A stretch of DNA of 20,361 nt from a virus (IMGVR_UViG_2734482780_000011:1-20361); one strand, 5' to 3'. Positions 1 to 8,099 are shown, numbered from the stretch's first letter. A program made the numbers and translations. Notes: generated by a model not told the origin, from the sequence alone.

Positions 1-1053
1 TTACGGGGTAATGCCAACTGCTGCCGCCACTTTGTCGCCACTTGGCAGCGTTGCCAGAGGATTGAAACGGAGCGCCGTTTCCAGATGATCCGGTGCCAGA
101 TGAGCGTAACGCATAGTCATTTTTATATCGTGATGTCCGAGGATTTTTTGCAAAGCAAGGATATTTCCACCCGACATCATGAAATGCGCCGCAAACGTAT
201 GGCGCAGAACGTGTGTCAGTTGACCGCGAGGGAGAACGATAGACGTTTTTTCCATTACGGATAAAAATTGAAAATAGCAGTCTGTGAAGAAATTGAACCC
301 ATCAAGTGCCATGATCTCTTCGTAAAGCTCTTTACTGATAGGGATGCTTCTGTTTTTCTTCCCCTTCGTTCTTACAAAGGTAATTCGGTATTTGGTCACC
401 TGTGAACGAGTAAGATTTACGGCTTCTCGCCAGCGTGCGCCTGTGCTTAAGCATATCTTAACTACCAGTGCCAGAATTGGGTCCTGACGTTTGCAATCAG
501 CCAGCAATTCAACAATCTGCTCATGGGTAAGCCATGCCATCTCTTTTTCTGCGATGGTGAATTTTCGCATGTTCTCCAGTGGGTTCGGATACGACCATTC
601 GCCCAGGCGGGATAGTTCGCTAAAAACACTACTTAGATAGCTTTGCTCCAGATTAATGGTGACCGGGCTTGCTCCTTTCTTCCATTTCTCGCTGAAGTAG
701 ATCTCGCCTGTCAGGCGTTTATCTCGATAGTGGGCAAACATTTTAGAGGTGAGATCGGTTGCAAGGGGATTGCCCAGAGCGTCAACCATCAACAGCAATT
801 TGTCATAGACATGCTGCCCAGCAGTCAGAGATTTACCATGTAGTTTGAACCATAGCTCAACCACGTCTTTCAGTGTTCGACGATCCACTGATTCACCCAG
901 CCAGGGTTTTGCTTCGGTTTCTTCCATCGTGTGACGCTCAAAAGCCAGAGCTTCGCCTTTGGTGGCGAATTGTTTACGCACACGACGTCCACTACGTCCG
1001 GCGGGATAACATTCGCAAAGCCATTTTCCTGTGGTGAGTTTTCGTACTGCCAT
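1..1053 (-). CDS. int: Tyrosine recombinase (integrase), 186/P2-type prophage
   Basis: ORF 1..1068 (-). N-terminus MAVRKLTTGKW...RKQFATKGEALAFE resembles 186/P2-type integrases; C-terminal region has the tyrosine-recombinase pattern (HVLRHTFA ... MTMRYAHL). Start placed at the internal Met (1053) because a hairpin plus T-tract overlaps the upstream ATG at 1068; recalled similarity, not searched. Confidence 0.9.
   Translation of the reverse strand: MAVRKLTTGKWLCECYPAGRSGRRVRKQFATKGEALAFERHTMEETEAKPWLGESVDRRTLKDVVELWFKLHGKSLTAGQHVYDKLLLMVDALGNPLATDLTSKMFAHYRDKRLTGEIYFSEKWKKGASPVTINLEQSYLSSVFSELSRLGEWSYPNPLENMRKFTIAEKEMAWLTHEQIVELLADCKRQDPILALVVKICLSTGARWREAVNLTRSQVTKYRITFVRTKGKKNRSIPISKELYEEIMALDGFNFFTDCYFQFLSVMEKTSIVLPRGQLTHVLRHTFAAHFMMSGGNILALQKILGHHDIKMTMRYAHLAPDHLETALRFNPLATLPSGDKVAAAVGITP
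21..41. repeat. Candidate attL core, direct repeat of 17509..17529 (20 of 21 nt identical)
   Basis: ctgccgccactttgtcgccac here versus ctgccgccaatttgtcgccat at 17509..17529, same orientation, at the two extremes of the prophage gene set; lies inside the last codons of int. Confidence 0.5.
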
Positions 1054-1060
1054 AAAAAAT

Positions 1061-1078
1061 GCCCTCATATCAGAGGGC
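1061..1078 (-). terminator. Hairpin (gccctc / gagggc, 6-nt loop) followed on the minus strand by ATTTTTT; terminator or 5' stem-loop between the 488-aa gene and int
   Basis: Perfect 6-bp inverted repeat at 1061..1066 / 1073..1078 with a T-run at 1054..1060 on the minus strand. Confidence 0.35.
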
Positions 1079-1081
1079 TAA

Positions 1082-1110
1082 ATTTAACTGTGTGTTTGAC
1101 CAGTGGTCAA
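1082..1110 (-). promoter_or_regulatory. Candidate int-proximal promoter (minus strand: -35 TTGACC, 17-nt spacer, -10 TTAAAT) overlapping a 15-bp palindrome TTGACCAGTGGTCAA (1096..1110)
   Basis: Read directly from the sequence; the palindrome is perfect around a central G. Confidence 0.3.
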
Positions 1111-1142
1111 TGTATGTAAGTAATAAACCATACATTAGACAT

Positions 1143-2609
1143 TTAGTCAGGAATTGAGTCTTGAAGGTGACGGACTGGAAAATTAAAACTGTAACTATCG
1201 TTATAAAAATCTGATAGATTGTAGATTCTTAATATTATGCGATTACATAATAATCTCAATATTTTAACTTCACGAATGAGAGGGATTATTTCACTATCAT
1301 CAGATTTGTTTCCATGAGCTGAATTGTTACGCTGTTTGAAACTGTTTTTTTCTAATGCTCCTAAGGTTAAGTTTAATGTTTCGTAAAATCTATTTGTTAG
1401 AATTGACTGTGGCGTTTGATTTAGACCAGATAATTTATTCGAGAGTAGATTCTTATCTTCCTCATCCAAAGAAATTTCTTCAGTTATAATTTTCGATAGT
1501 GATTGATGTAATTGTTTCCATAGATTTTTATTTACAAGTTTTGTATTGATCTTTGTGGGGTTTTTCTCTATAAATTTTCGTTGGATAAACTCTAATGTAG
1601 CACCGAAACCAACACCCTTTAGATGTAGGGGGGATGCAGCCGCATGCCAATAGAGCCAAGAGAAATGAGAGAAATCATATTTGTCATAATGGTCAACAAT
1701 TTTTTGAACCATTTGGCTAATTTCACTTTCATCAAGGAATAAATATTCTGAACCAACTGGATGTAATGGTGCAGGGGGTAGGCTATTAGCCGTATAATAT
1801 AAGTCATTGATAGCGTATTGCGTGTAAATTTCAGATTCAATAGAGTTGTAATTTTCATCCTTCAAAGTGCTTGATATATGAATTAATTTACACCCTAATA
1901 TAAAAGATAATGCATCTCTTATTTTCTTTCTCAGTTCGTTGTCACACTCCTTGCTATAAAGAATGAATCCAGGATTATATTTTTTGTCAATTGTTAAACA
2001 ATCATTATGTCCAAAGAAAATATCCATTTCATTAACGCGAATACTACAACATTTTAAACTATTAGATGTAGTATAGTTCTTATCGAAGAAGGAGATAGTA
2101 CTTCTGGCAGATACAAAGTTTCTTTTAATTGTATTTTCATATGATTCTTTAATGCTTGAAGTCCAGCAGTATTGCCCTATGTCTAAATTTGTAATCCAGT
2201 CAATTATGAATTTGTTTTTTTCTGCATGTTTAATTGAGTTGTTACATTGTTTTACAGTTGATATTGAGCATTTTATAGTGGCAAAGGTTTCATGATGGTC
2301 AGTTTTTATGTTTGTGCTTGACAGACTTATGCCATAAAATTCTAATGTAATGTTCTTGTTGTTAATATCTTCTAAAATAAGATATCCATCAATTTTATAT
2401 ATATCACCTTCTTTTCTCTCTGGCTCATTAAAAAAAATAATATTCAAAGCCTCCTTTTTGGGAGGCTTGTAAGTAATCTCTAAAATTAATCTAAGTTTAT
2501 CATCTCGAGATATTCTGAAAGAGTGGAAATTGTTTAATATTCGATTGCTATCTTTAAATTTCCAATGATCACATTGAATTTTTTCTAAGTCTTCCCAGCC
2601 AATATTCAT
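1143..2609 (-). CDS. Hypothetical 488-aa protein, AT-rich cargo gene; candidate defence/abortive-infection protein with a possible C-terminal HEPN-like motif
   Basis: Long uninterrupted ORF, visibly much more AT-rich than its neighbours. Start ATG at 2609 lies 15 nt after the cI stop, preceded by GGAAGG. Residues about 427..432 read RNNSAH (Rx4H pattern). No Walker motif or other recognisable domain seen by eye. Confidence 0.75.
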   Translation of the reverse strand: MNIGWEDLEKIQCDHWKFKDSNRILNNFHSFRISRDDKLRLILEITYKPPKKEALNIIFFNEPERKEGDIYKIDGYLILEDINNKNITLEFYGISLSSTNIKTDHHETFATIKCSISTVKQCNNSIKHAEKNKFIIDWITNLDIGQYCWTSSIKESYENTIKRNFVSARSTISFFDKNYTTSNSLKCCSIRVNEMDIFFGHNDCLTIDKKYNPGFILYSKECDNELRKKIRDALSFILGCKLIHISSTLKDENYNSIESEIYTQYAINDLYYTANSLPPAPLHPVGSEYLFLDESEISQMVQKIVDHYDKYDFSHFSWLYWHAAASPLHLKGVGFGATLEFIQRKFIEKNPTKINTKLVNKNLWKQLHQSLSKIITEEISLDEEDKNLLSNKLSGLNQTPQSILTNRFYETLNLTLGALEKNSFKQRNNSAHGNKSDDSEIIPLIREVKILRLLCNRIILRIYNLSDFYNDSYSFNFPVRHLQDSIPD

Positions 2610-2624
2610 TTAAATAACCTTCCA

Positions 2625-3197
2625 TTATATTTGAGATTCGATAGTTGATACAACGCGACCTTTTAACGAAATATCACTAACGTTACTTATAAAGCTTGTT
2701 AGGTTGTTTTCAATTTTTAGCTGACCAGCAGGCATGCGATACACTTTCCGAAACGATAAATTTCCATCAATTGATATTAACCAAGTCCCATCGGAATAGT
2801 TAGCATTTGAACAATCAACGAAATGAATTGTTTTTATATCTCTAATCACATGTAGATTATCGAAGCCTACGGGCAATAATTTATCGTCGAAGGTAACAAG
2901 TCCATCTTCGACAAGTACGCCATTTTTTAAAATATAGGACTGTAATTCTTTTACGCTATTAGATGACGTAGAGCCAAGAGTTTTAGAACCATTCCCTGTT
3001 ACTAGCCATTTGAGTGAGACGCCTGTCTCTAGCGCACACTGAATTATGTAGTCAGCAGGAAATGTATCTCGCAGGTAGCGGTTTGCCAAAGTACTACTGC
3101 TGATCCCCAATCGTTCACACAGCGCTTGTTTCGTCGTAACCCCATATGCTTCTAGCATACGCTCAATAGCTGCTTTTCCGCCTTTTCGCAAATCCAT
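2625..3197 (-). CDS. cI: Prophage immunity repressor CI (186-type, HTH N-terminus)
   Basis: ORF 2625..3299 (-). From the internal Met the sequence reads MDLRKGGKAAIERMLEAYGVTTKQALCERLGISSSTLANRYLRD...CALETG...WLVTG, an HTH repressor pattern like 186 CI. Start at 3197 gives 190 aa and leaves the operator/promoter region untranslated. Confidence 0.8.
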   Translation of the reverse strand: MDLRKGGKAAIERMLEAYGVTTKQALCERLGISSSTLANRYLRDTFPADYIIQCALETGVSLKWLVTGNGSKTLGSTSSNSVKELQSYILKNGVLVEDGLVTFDDKLLPVGFDNLHVIRDIKTIHFVDCSNANYSDGTWLISIDGNLSFRKVYRMPAGQLKIENNLTSFISNVSDISLKGRVVSTIESQI

Positions 3198-3205
3198 AAA
3201 ATTCC

Positions 3206-3276
3206 CGAAACGTGAGTAAATACCTTGACACTCACGTTTCGTGAGTTTAAATTCATCTCGAAACGTGAGTAATTCA
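3206..3276. promoter_or_regulatory. Lysis/lysogeny switch: candidate lytic promoter (-35 TTGACA 3225..3230, -10 TAAATT 3248..3253) with palindromic operator CTCACGTTTCGTGAG in the spacer, flanked by direct GAAACGTGAGTA half-site repeats
   Basis: Perfect inverted repeat ctcacg/cgtgag at 3231..3245 placed between the -35 and -10; GAAACGTGAGTA copies at 3206..3217 and 3262..3273. Position between divergent cI and apl matches 186/P2 switch architecture. Confidence 0.6.
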
Positions 3277-3320
3277 CTTCTTATCCCGGCTCGCCACAAG
3301 CCAATAGGAGATGTTGCATC

Positions 3321-3542
3321 ATGACCCCTAATATTTCAATAACTCTGAATACACCACACGTCACAATTGAGCGTTATAGCGAACTTACTGGTCTTTCTAT
3401 CGACACAATCAACGATATGCTGGCTGATGGTCGCATCCCTCGCCATCGTCTTCGAAAAGACAAGAAAAGAGAAAAGGTAATGATCAACCTTGCTGCTCTC
3501 ACTGTTGATGCACTTACTGATTGCAATGTTGTATTTAACTAG
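3321..3542 (+). CDS. apl: Apl/Cox-like excisionase and transcriptional regulator
   Basis: 73-aa ORF directly right of the switch, AGGAG 9 nt before the ATG, small basic protein ([15 protein letters not shown]); position and size match 186 Apl / P2 Cox. Confidence 0.65.
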   Translation: MTPNISITLNTPHVTIERYSELTGLSIDTINDMLADGRIPRHRLRKDKKREKVMINLAALTVDALTDCNVVFN

Positions 3543-3574
3543 TTCCATTTTGGGATACATCAGGGGTGTCGACT

Positions 3575-4084
3575 ATGTTTGATTACCAAGTTTCCAAACA
3601 TCCACATTTTGATGAAGCCTGTCGTGCATTCGCACTGCGCCACAACCTGGTGCAACTGGCAGAACGTGCAGGCATGAATGTGCAGATTCTGCGGAACAAG
3701 CTGAACCCAGCTCAACCTCATTTATTAACCGCACCAGAAATCTGGCTGCTTACCGATCTGACTGAAGATTCAACGCTGGTAGATGGTTTTCTGGCACAGA
3801 TTCATTGTCTGCCATGTGTACCGATTAATGAGGTAGCAAAAGAGAAACTGCCACATTACGTCATGAGTGCAACCGCAGAGATCGGGCGTGTTGCTGCAGG
3901 TGCGGTATCTGGCGATGTAAAAACCAGTACAGGTCGTCGTGATGCTATCAGCAGCATTAACTCTGTAACACGACTGATGGCGTTGGCTGCTGTTTCATTG
4001 CAGGCCCGTTTACAGGCTAACCCTGCGATGGCGAGTGCAGTTGATACCGTGACTGGCCTCGGTGCTTCATTCGGTTTGCTGTGA
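3575..4084 (+). CDS. cII: CII-like lysogeny establishment regulator (186-type)
   Basis: ORF 3566..4084; start at ATG 3575 with AGGGG upstream gives 169 aa, the size of 186 CII; position right after apl. Confidence 0.75.
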   Translation: MFDYQVSKHPHFDEACRAFALRHNLVQLAERAGMNVQILRNKLNPAQPHLLTAPEIWLLTDLTEDSTLVDGFLAQIHCLPCVPINEVAKEKLPHYVMSATAEIGRVAAGAVSGDVKTSTGRRDAISSINSVTRLMALAAVSLQARLQANPAMASAVDTVTGLGASFGLL

Positions 4085-4091
4085 GGTGCTT

Positions 4092-4325
4092 ATGCTGACG
4101 AAAGAACCATCATTTGCGTCGCTGCTGGTAAAACAAAGTCCGGCAATGCACTACGGTCACGGCTGGATTTATTTACCTTGTGGGAAAAAGTGGCATCCAA
4201 GTTTTGAATTACAACCCCGGCAACAGGCTTACCGGGGAAGAAATAAAAAGCGATTCCTACAAAGATTTATGGTTAACGTGGCAAACAACCTGCGAACCAA
4301 GCGAAAAGTTTTTCTTGGAAGCTGA
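4092..4325 (+). CDS. Hypothetical small protein; its 5' part is repeated at 4828..4887
   Basis: ORF MLTKEPSFASLLVKQSPAMHYGHGW... starting at ATG 4092; 3' end overlaps the antisense 124-aa ORF, so it may be a disrupted gene copy. Confidence 0.3.
   Translation: MLTKEPSFASLLVKQSPAMHYGHGWIYLPCGKKWHPSFELQPRQQAYRGRNKKRFLQRFMVNVANNLRTKRKVFLGS
4109..4168. repeat. 60-bp direct repeat, copy 1 (partner 4828..4887, about 4 mismatches)
   Basis: atcatttgcgtcgctgctggtaaaacaaagtccggcaatgcactacggtcacggctggat versus the near-identical copy 2; weaker similarity continues a further 30 bp. Confidence 0.85.
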
Positions 4326-4647
4326 GGTTTACATCGTCAACCCGACCACAGGCAATAGCAGCTCTTTTGTAGGCAGGGTTTAACAAAGATCCGAATGTTG
4401 TGGAGTCAGAGTGATGCAAAGCTTTCAATTTTTGTGCAATGAACTGTGGAGACAATTCATCCTCGGCGTAAAGCAACTCACCATATTGTCGGCTTTGTAC
4501 GCTTGCTCGTTCCGCAATAATAGCTGGTTGCCATACAAGTTGGATTGCTGTCATTAATTTATCAGCTCGACCATGGAACGTTGCTGTCATTAGTTCAAGG
4601 TAATAACAGTAGTGTAATTGGAAGTATTCGGAGCTTTGTTTAGTCAT
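4273..4647 (-). CDS. Hypothetical 124-aa protein, antisense to the early operon
   Basis: ORF on the minus strand inside an otherwise rightward-transcribed early region, bracketed by the 60-bp direct repeats; no recognisable motif. Confidence 0.5.
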   Translation of the reverse strand: MTKQSSEYFQLHYCYYLELMTATFHGRADKLMTAIQLVWQPAIIAERASVQSRQYGELLYAEDELSPQFIAQKLKALHHSDSTTFGSLLNPAYKRAAIACGRVDDVNLSFQEKLFAWFAGCLPR

Positions 4648-4656
4648 GCCGGATTC

Positions 4657-4737
4657 CTATTTCTTCTCTTGCCCCGGTTCAGGCTGAGGTGCTGGAGCCG
4701 GGCGAGGGAGTACATGAAAGTTGTCTGTTTCTGACAT
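4657..4737 (-). CDS. Possible 26-aa proline-rich peptide (MSETDNFHVLPRPAPAPQPEPGQEKK) upstream of the 124-aa ORF
   Basis: Minus-strand ATG at 4737 preceded by AAGGAG at 7-nt spacing; stop TAG 10 nt before the 124-aa ORF start. Too short for the ORF track. Confidence 0.3.
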   Translation of the reverse strand: MSETDNFHVLPRPAPAPQPEPGQEKK

Positions 4738-4827
4738 CAGTTTTCTCCTTTGAGGGGTAGATGATTGTTAGCACAAATAGTCTACCACTGAGGCACGCGC
4801 CGGGCGTGTAGAAAAATTCCCGGCACA

Positions 4828-4887
4828 ATCATTTGCATCGCTGCTGGTAAAACAAAGCCCGGCAATGCACTACGGTCACGGCTGGAT
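4828..4887. repeat. 60-bp direct repeat, copy 2 (partner 4109..4168)
   Basis: See copy 1; this copy continues into a 41-codon ORF (4865..4990) ending at the start of the next early gene. Confidence 0.85.
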
Positions 4888-4977
4888 CATGGGTGAGGAT
4901 GGTAAACGCTGGCATCCATGTTATTCACAAGATGAATTGCTGTCTGAAGTGACCACGAGGAAACGGAGAAAGTCCAA

Positions 4978-5202
4978 ATGTATGCGGTAGAAAGTGAAGT
5001 GGTTTATCAGTTTCGTTACAGAGGGGATAGTTATTCAGTACCTGAAGATGATTTGCTCTGTTGTTATCCGTCGTTGTCGGGCGATGGCAGTTACTTTTTC
5101 ACACTAAAGGATGGGACGTTTTTACGGGGAGAGCAGGTTAAAGAGACGGTACGAAAAAATGTATCTCCCCTTGAGCGTTACCGTAAGAACAAAGAACGAT
5201 AG
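4978..5202 (+). CDS. Hypothetical early-region protein (74 aa)
   Basis: ORF with GGAGA ahead of the ATG; same strand as the early operon. Confidence 0.5.
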   Translation: MYAVESEVVYQFRYRGDSYSVPEDDLLCCYPSLSGDGSYFFTLKDGTFLRGEQVKETVRKNVSPLERYRKNKER

Positions 5203-5224
5203 TTGCGTTTTGGGGATATGAATT

Positions 5225-5566
5225 ATGGCAATTAATGGCGCTGCGGCGACTGTTCCATTAAGCCCCGGTGAACGCCTGAATGGACTTAATCACATTGCGG
5301 AATTAAGAGCGAAAGTTTTTGGCCTGAATATTGAGTCAGAGCTTGAGCGGTTTATTAAAGATATGCGTGATCCACGGGATATCAATAATGAACAAAATAA
5401 ACGGGCACTGGCTGCCATATTCTTTATGGCAAAAATTCCAGCTGAACGTCATAGCATCAGCATTAATGAGCTGACCACTGACGAAAAGCGGGAGCTGATT
5501 AAAGCAATGAATCATTTTCGTGCAGTGGTGAGCTTATTTCCCAGACGGCTAACCATGCCGAATTAA
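5225..5566 (+). CDS. Hypothetical early-region protein (113 aa)
   Basis: ORF in the early operon; no recognised motif. Confidence 0.5.
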   Translation: MAINGAAATVPLSPGERLNGLNHIAELRAKVFGLNIESELERFIKDMRDPRDINNEQNKRALAAIFFMAKIPAERHSISINELTTDEKRELIKAMNHFRAVVSLFPRRLTMPN

Positions 5567-5633
5567 CCAACTAATGAAATTCATGGCGTAAACCCGCCAG
5601 GCATCCCTTTATCTAAATTCAGGAGAATTGATT

Positions 5634-5867
5634 ATGCGTAATATTGAAACCCTCACGACTAAAACCGGACCGGATGATGCAGGGCTTAATATTTTACTGA
5701 CAGAGGCTCGTCTGGAAGAACGCCGGGCAAGGGCTGAAGCAATGGCAGCTCGCCTTGATAGCCTGGCGTGTCATATCACATCCCGCCAGCTAAACCACGT
5801 CGAAGCGGCAGAACTGCTGCGTGTGACTGCTGAAGCAATCCAGAACGAAGCGCAGGAGATCCACTGA
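5634..5867 (+). CDS. Hypothetical early-region protein (77 aa)
   Basis: AGGAG 8 nt before ATG 5634; stop overlaps the start of the next gene (ATGA-type coupling at 5865..5869). Confidence 0.55.
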   Translation: MRNIETLTTKTGPDDAGLNILLTEARLEERRARAEAMAARLDSLACHITSRQLNHVEAAELLRVTAEAIQNEAQEIH

Positions 5868-6094
5868 TGGCTGATGCAATGGATCTCGTACAGCAGCGCG
5901 TTGAAGAAGAACGCCAGCGTCATATCCGTGCTGCCCGCGCCAAAACGCCGGGCGTATCCCGCGTGCTTTGCATTGAGTGCGAAGCACCAATTCCGCCAGC
6001 ACGACGTCGCGCCATTCCGGGTGTGCAGCTTTGCATTACCTGTCAGGAAATCGCAGAGCTGAAAGGCAAACATTACAACGGAGGTGCTGTATGA
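5867..6094 (+). CDS. TraR/DksA-family C4 zinc-finger protein
   Basis: CIECEAPIPPARRRAIPGVQLCITCQE contains the CxxC-(17)-CxxC zinc-finger pattern typical of phage TraR-like proteins; translationally coupled to its neighbours. Confidence 0.7.
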   Translation: MADAMDLVQQRVEEERQRHIRAARAKTPGVSRVLCIECEAPIPPARRRAIPGVQLCITCQEIAELKGKHYNGGAV

Positions 6095-6948
6095 GCACCA
6101 TCCTGAAATGGGCGGGTAATAAAACCGCCATTATGCCGGAACTGAAAAAATACCTTCCTGCTGGCCCGCGACTGGTTGAACCTTTCGCGGGTTCTTGTGC
6201 TGTGATGATAGAGACGGATTACCCCAGCTATCTTGTTGCGGATATTAATCCTGATTTAATCAACCTCTATAAAAAGGTTGCTGCTGATTGCGAGGCGTTT
6301 ATATCTCGTGCCAGAGCTTTATTTGAGGAAGCAAACAGGGAGGTGGCTTATTACAACATAAGGCAGGAGTTTAATTACTCCACTGAAATTACTGATTTCA
6401 TGAAAGCGGTATATTTCCTGTATCTCAATCGTCATGGTTACCGTGGGTTATGTCGCTATAACAAGAGCGGGCATTTCAACATTCCCTACGGGAATTATAA
6501 AAATCCGTATTTCCCTGAAAAAGAAATTCGCAAATTTGCAGAAAAAGCCCAGCGAGCAACGTTTATCTGCGCCAGCTTTGATGAAACGCTGGCGATGTTG
6601 AAGGCGGGGGATGTGGTGTATTGCGATCCGCCTTATGACGGTACGTTTTCCGGCTATCACACTGATGGCTTCACTGAGGATGACCAGTATCACCTGGCAT
6701 CCGTTCTTGAACATCGATCATCTGAAGGTCATCCGGTCATTGTTTCTAACAGTGACACATCCCTGATTCGTTCGCTGTATCGCAATTTCACTCACCACTA
6801 CATCAAGGCAAAACGCAGCATCGGCGTGTCGGCTGGCGAGAGTAAATCTGCAACAGAAATCATTGCTGTTTCCGGGGCGCGCTGCTGGGTGGGATTTGAT
6901 CCTTCGCGTGGCGTGGATAGTTCTGCTGTGTACGAGGTGCGTGTATGA
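6091..6948 (+). CDS. dam: DNA adenine methyltransferase (Dam-like N6-adenine MTase), no adjacent restriction gene
   Basis: N-terminus [26 protein letters not shown]-binding FAGSCAV, catalytic DPPY ([10 protein letters not shown]); GGAGGTG precedes the ATG at 6091; ORF-track start at 5977 is an upstream extension. Confidence 0.9.
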
Positions 6949-7757
6949 GTCATGACGATATGAGCAACTCTAGCGGCTTTAACGAGGCCGCTGCAGCATT
7001 TTCATGGAACGGCCCGAAAAAGGCCATTAACCCTTATCTGGACCCGGCGGAAGTTGCGCCGGAGTCTGCACTTTCAAACATGATCACTCTGTACGCTGCC
7101 GATAACGAGCAGGAACAGCTGCGCCGCGATGCACTGAGTGAGCAGGTCTGGGAGCGTTATTTCTTTAATGAATCCCGTGATCCTGTCCAGCGCGAAATGG
7201 AGCAGGATAATCTCATTAGTCGGGCAAAGCTGGCGCATGAGCAGCAGCGTTTTAACCCGGACATGGTCATTCTGGCGGACGTCAGCGCCCAGCCCACCCA
7301 CATCAGCAAGCCGCTGATGCAACGTATCGAATACTTCAGCAGCCTGGGCAGGCCAAAGGCTTATTCCCGCTATTTGCGTGAGACGATTAAGCCATGTCTG
7401 GAGCGACTGGAGTATGTACGCGACAGTCAGCTATCCGCTTCTTTCCGTTTTATGGCAAGCCATCAAGGGCTTGAGGGCCTGCTGATCCTGCCTGAAATGA
7501 GTCAGGATCAGGTAAAACGCCTGTCCACCCTGGTACGCCAGGTGAAGCTGAAAAGGCGTAAAGACTACAAACAGCGAATTACAGATCATCAGCATCAGCA
7601 GCTCGTCTATGAACTGAAGTCCAGAGGATTTGATGGCAGCGAGAAAGAGGTCGATTTACTCCTTCGCGGTGGCAGTATTCCGTCAGGAGCAGGCCTGCGT
7701 ATTTTCTATCGGAACCAGCGTTTGCAGGAAGATGATAAGTGGCGGAACCTGTATTAA
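6945..7757 (+). CDS. Hypothetical 270-aa protein
   Basis: ORF start overlaps the dam stop (ATGA at 6945..6948); acidic/glutamine-rich, no recognised domain; does not look like a rolling-circle replication initiator. Confidence 0.55.
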   Translation: MSHDDMSNSSGFNEAAAAFSWNGPKKAINPYLDPAEVAPESALSNMITLYAADNEQEQLRRDALSEQVWERYFFNESRDPVQREMEQDNLISRAKLAHEQQRFNPDMVILADVSAQPTHISKPLMQRIEYFSSLGRPKAYSRYLRETIKPCLERLEYVRDSQLSASFRFMASHQGLEGLLILPEMSQDQVKRLSTLVRQVKLKRRKDYKQRITDHQHQQLVYELKSRGFDGSEKEVDLLLRGGSIPSGAGLRIFYRNQRLQEDDKWRNLY

Positions 7758-7826
7758 TTACGCAGGTTAACAATTCGTGCTCTTAATAATACCAGGCATA
7801 TCAGGCTGATGAACGTAAAAAAACGT

Positions 7827-7867
7827 TTTACATCAGTAAGATTATTATATACTGTAAATATAAACAG
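7827..7867 (+). promoter_or_regulatory. SOS-regulated promoter: -35 TTTACA (7827..7832), -10 TACTGT (7850..7855), LexA box CTGTAAATATAAACAG (7852..7867)
   Basis: The 16-bp sequence fits the LexA consensus CTGT-N8-ACAG with an AT-rich centre and overlaps the -10, the arrangement of LexA-repressed promoters such as 186 p95. Confidence 0.65.
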
Positions 7868-7910
7868 TGGTTATGTATACAGTGTTTCTTGTGGTGTTAT
7901 AGGAGGAAAG

Positions 7911-8099
7911 ATGCAGGACTATTTTTTGGAGTCTTTGAAGCTCCAGCGCATTGATTTTTTTCTTAAGCTTGTAGCGGCTAGTGAGTGTAGTGATGAAGAG
8001 AAAGGGCTGGCTCTGCAGTGGGTTTCTGAACTGACAGATGAACTCATGGCAAAAATCAGAACCCACGAATACAACCGCTCAATGGATGTCATCAGCTGA
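7911..8099 (+). CDS. Small SOS-induced protein, possible Tum-like antirepressor N-terminal module
   Basis: AGGAGG 8 nt before ATG 7911 (ORF-track start at 7809 lies upstream of the promoter); first gene after the LexA box; followed by a DinI-like gene, as in the 186 tum region. Confidence 0.45.
   Translation: MQDYFLESLKLQRIDFFLKLVAASECSDEEKGLALQWVSELTDELMAKIRTHEYNRSMDVIS

Noticed and set aside
1-1068. int starting at the upstream ATG (1068) as given in the ORF track
   Set aside because: The upstream 5 codons overlap a hairpin and T-tract, and integrases of this family begin near MAVRK or MTVRK; the internal Met at 1053 is preferred, but the longer form is not excluded.
643-1119. Plus-strand ORFs (66 and 62 aa) inside or overlapping int
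   Set aside because: Antisense to the integrase coding sequence; no RBS.
1619-1858. 79-aa minus-strand ORF nested in the 488-aa gene
   Set aside because: Alternate frame of an AT-rich gene; the long frame is the coherent one.
3206-3276. Possibility that the repeated GAAACGTGAGTA units are a CRISPR array or transposon ends
   Set aside because: Only two direct copies plus one palindrome, 12 to 15 bp, sitting exactly on a promoter between divergent regulatory genes; fits operator sites, not a repeat-spacer array.
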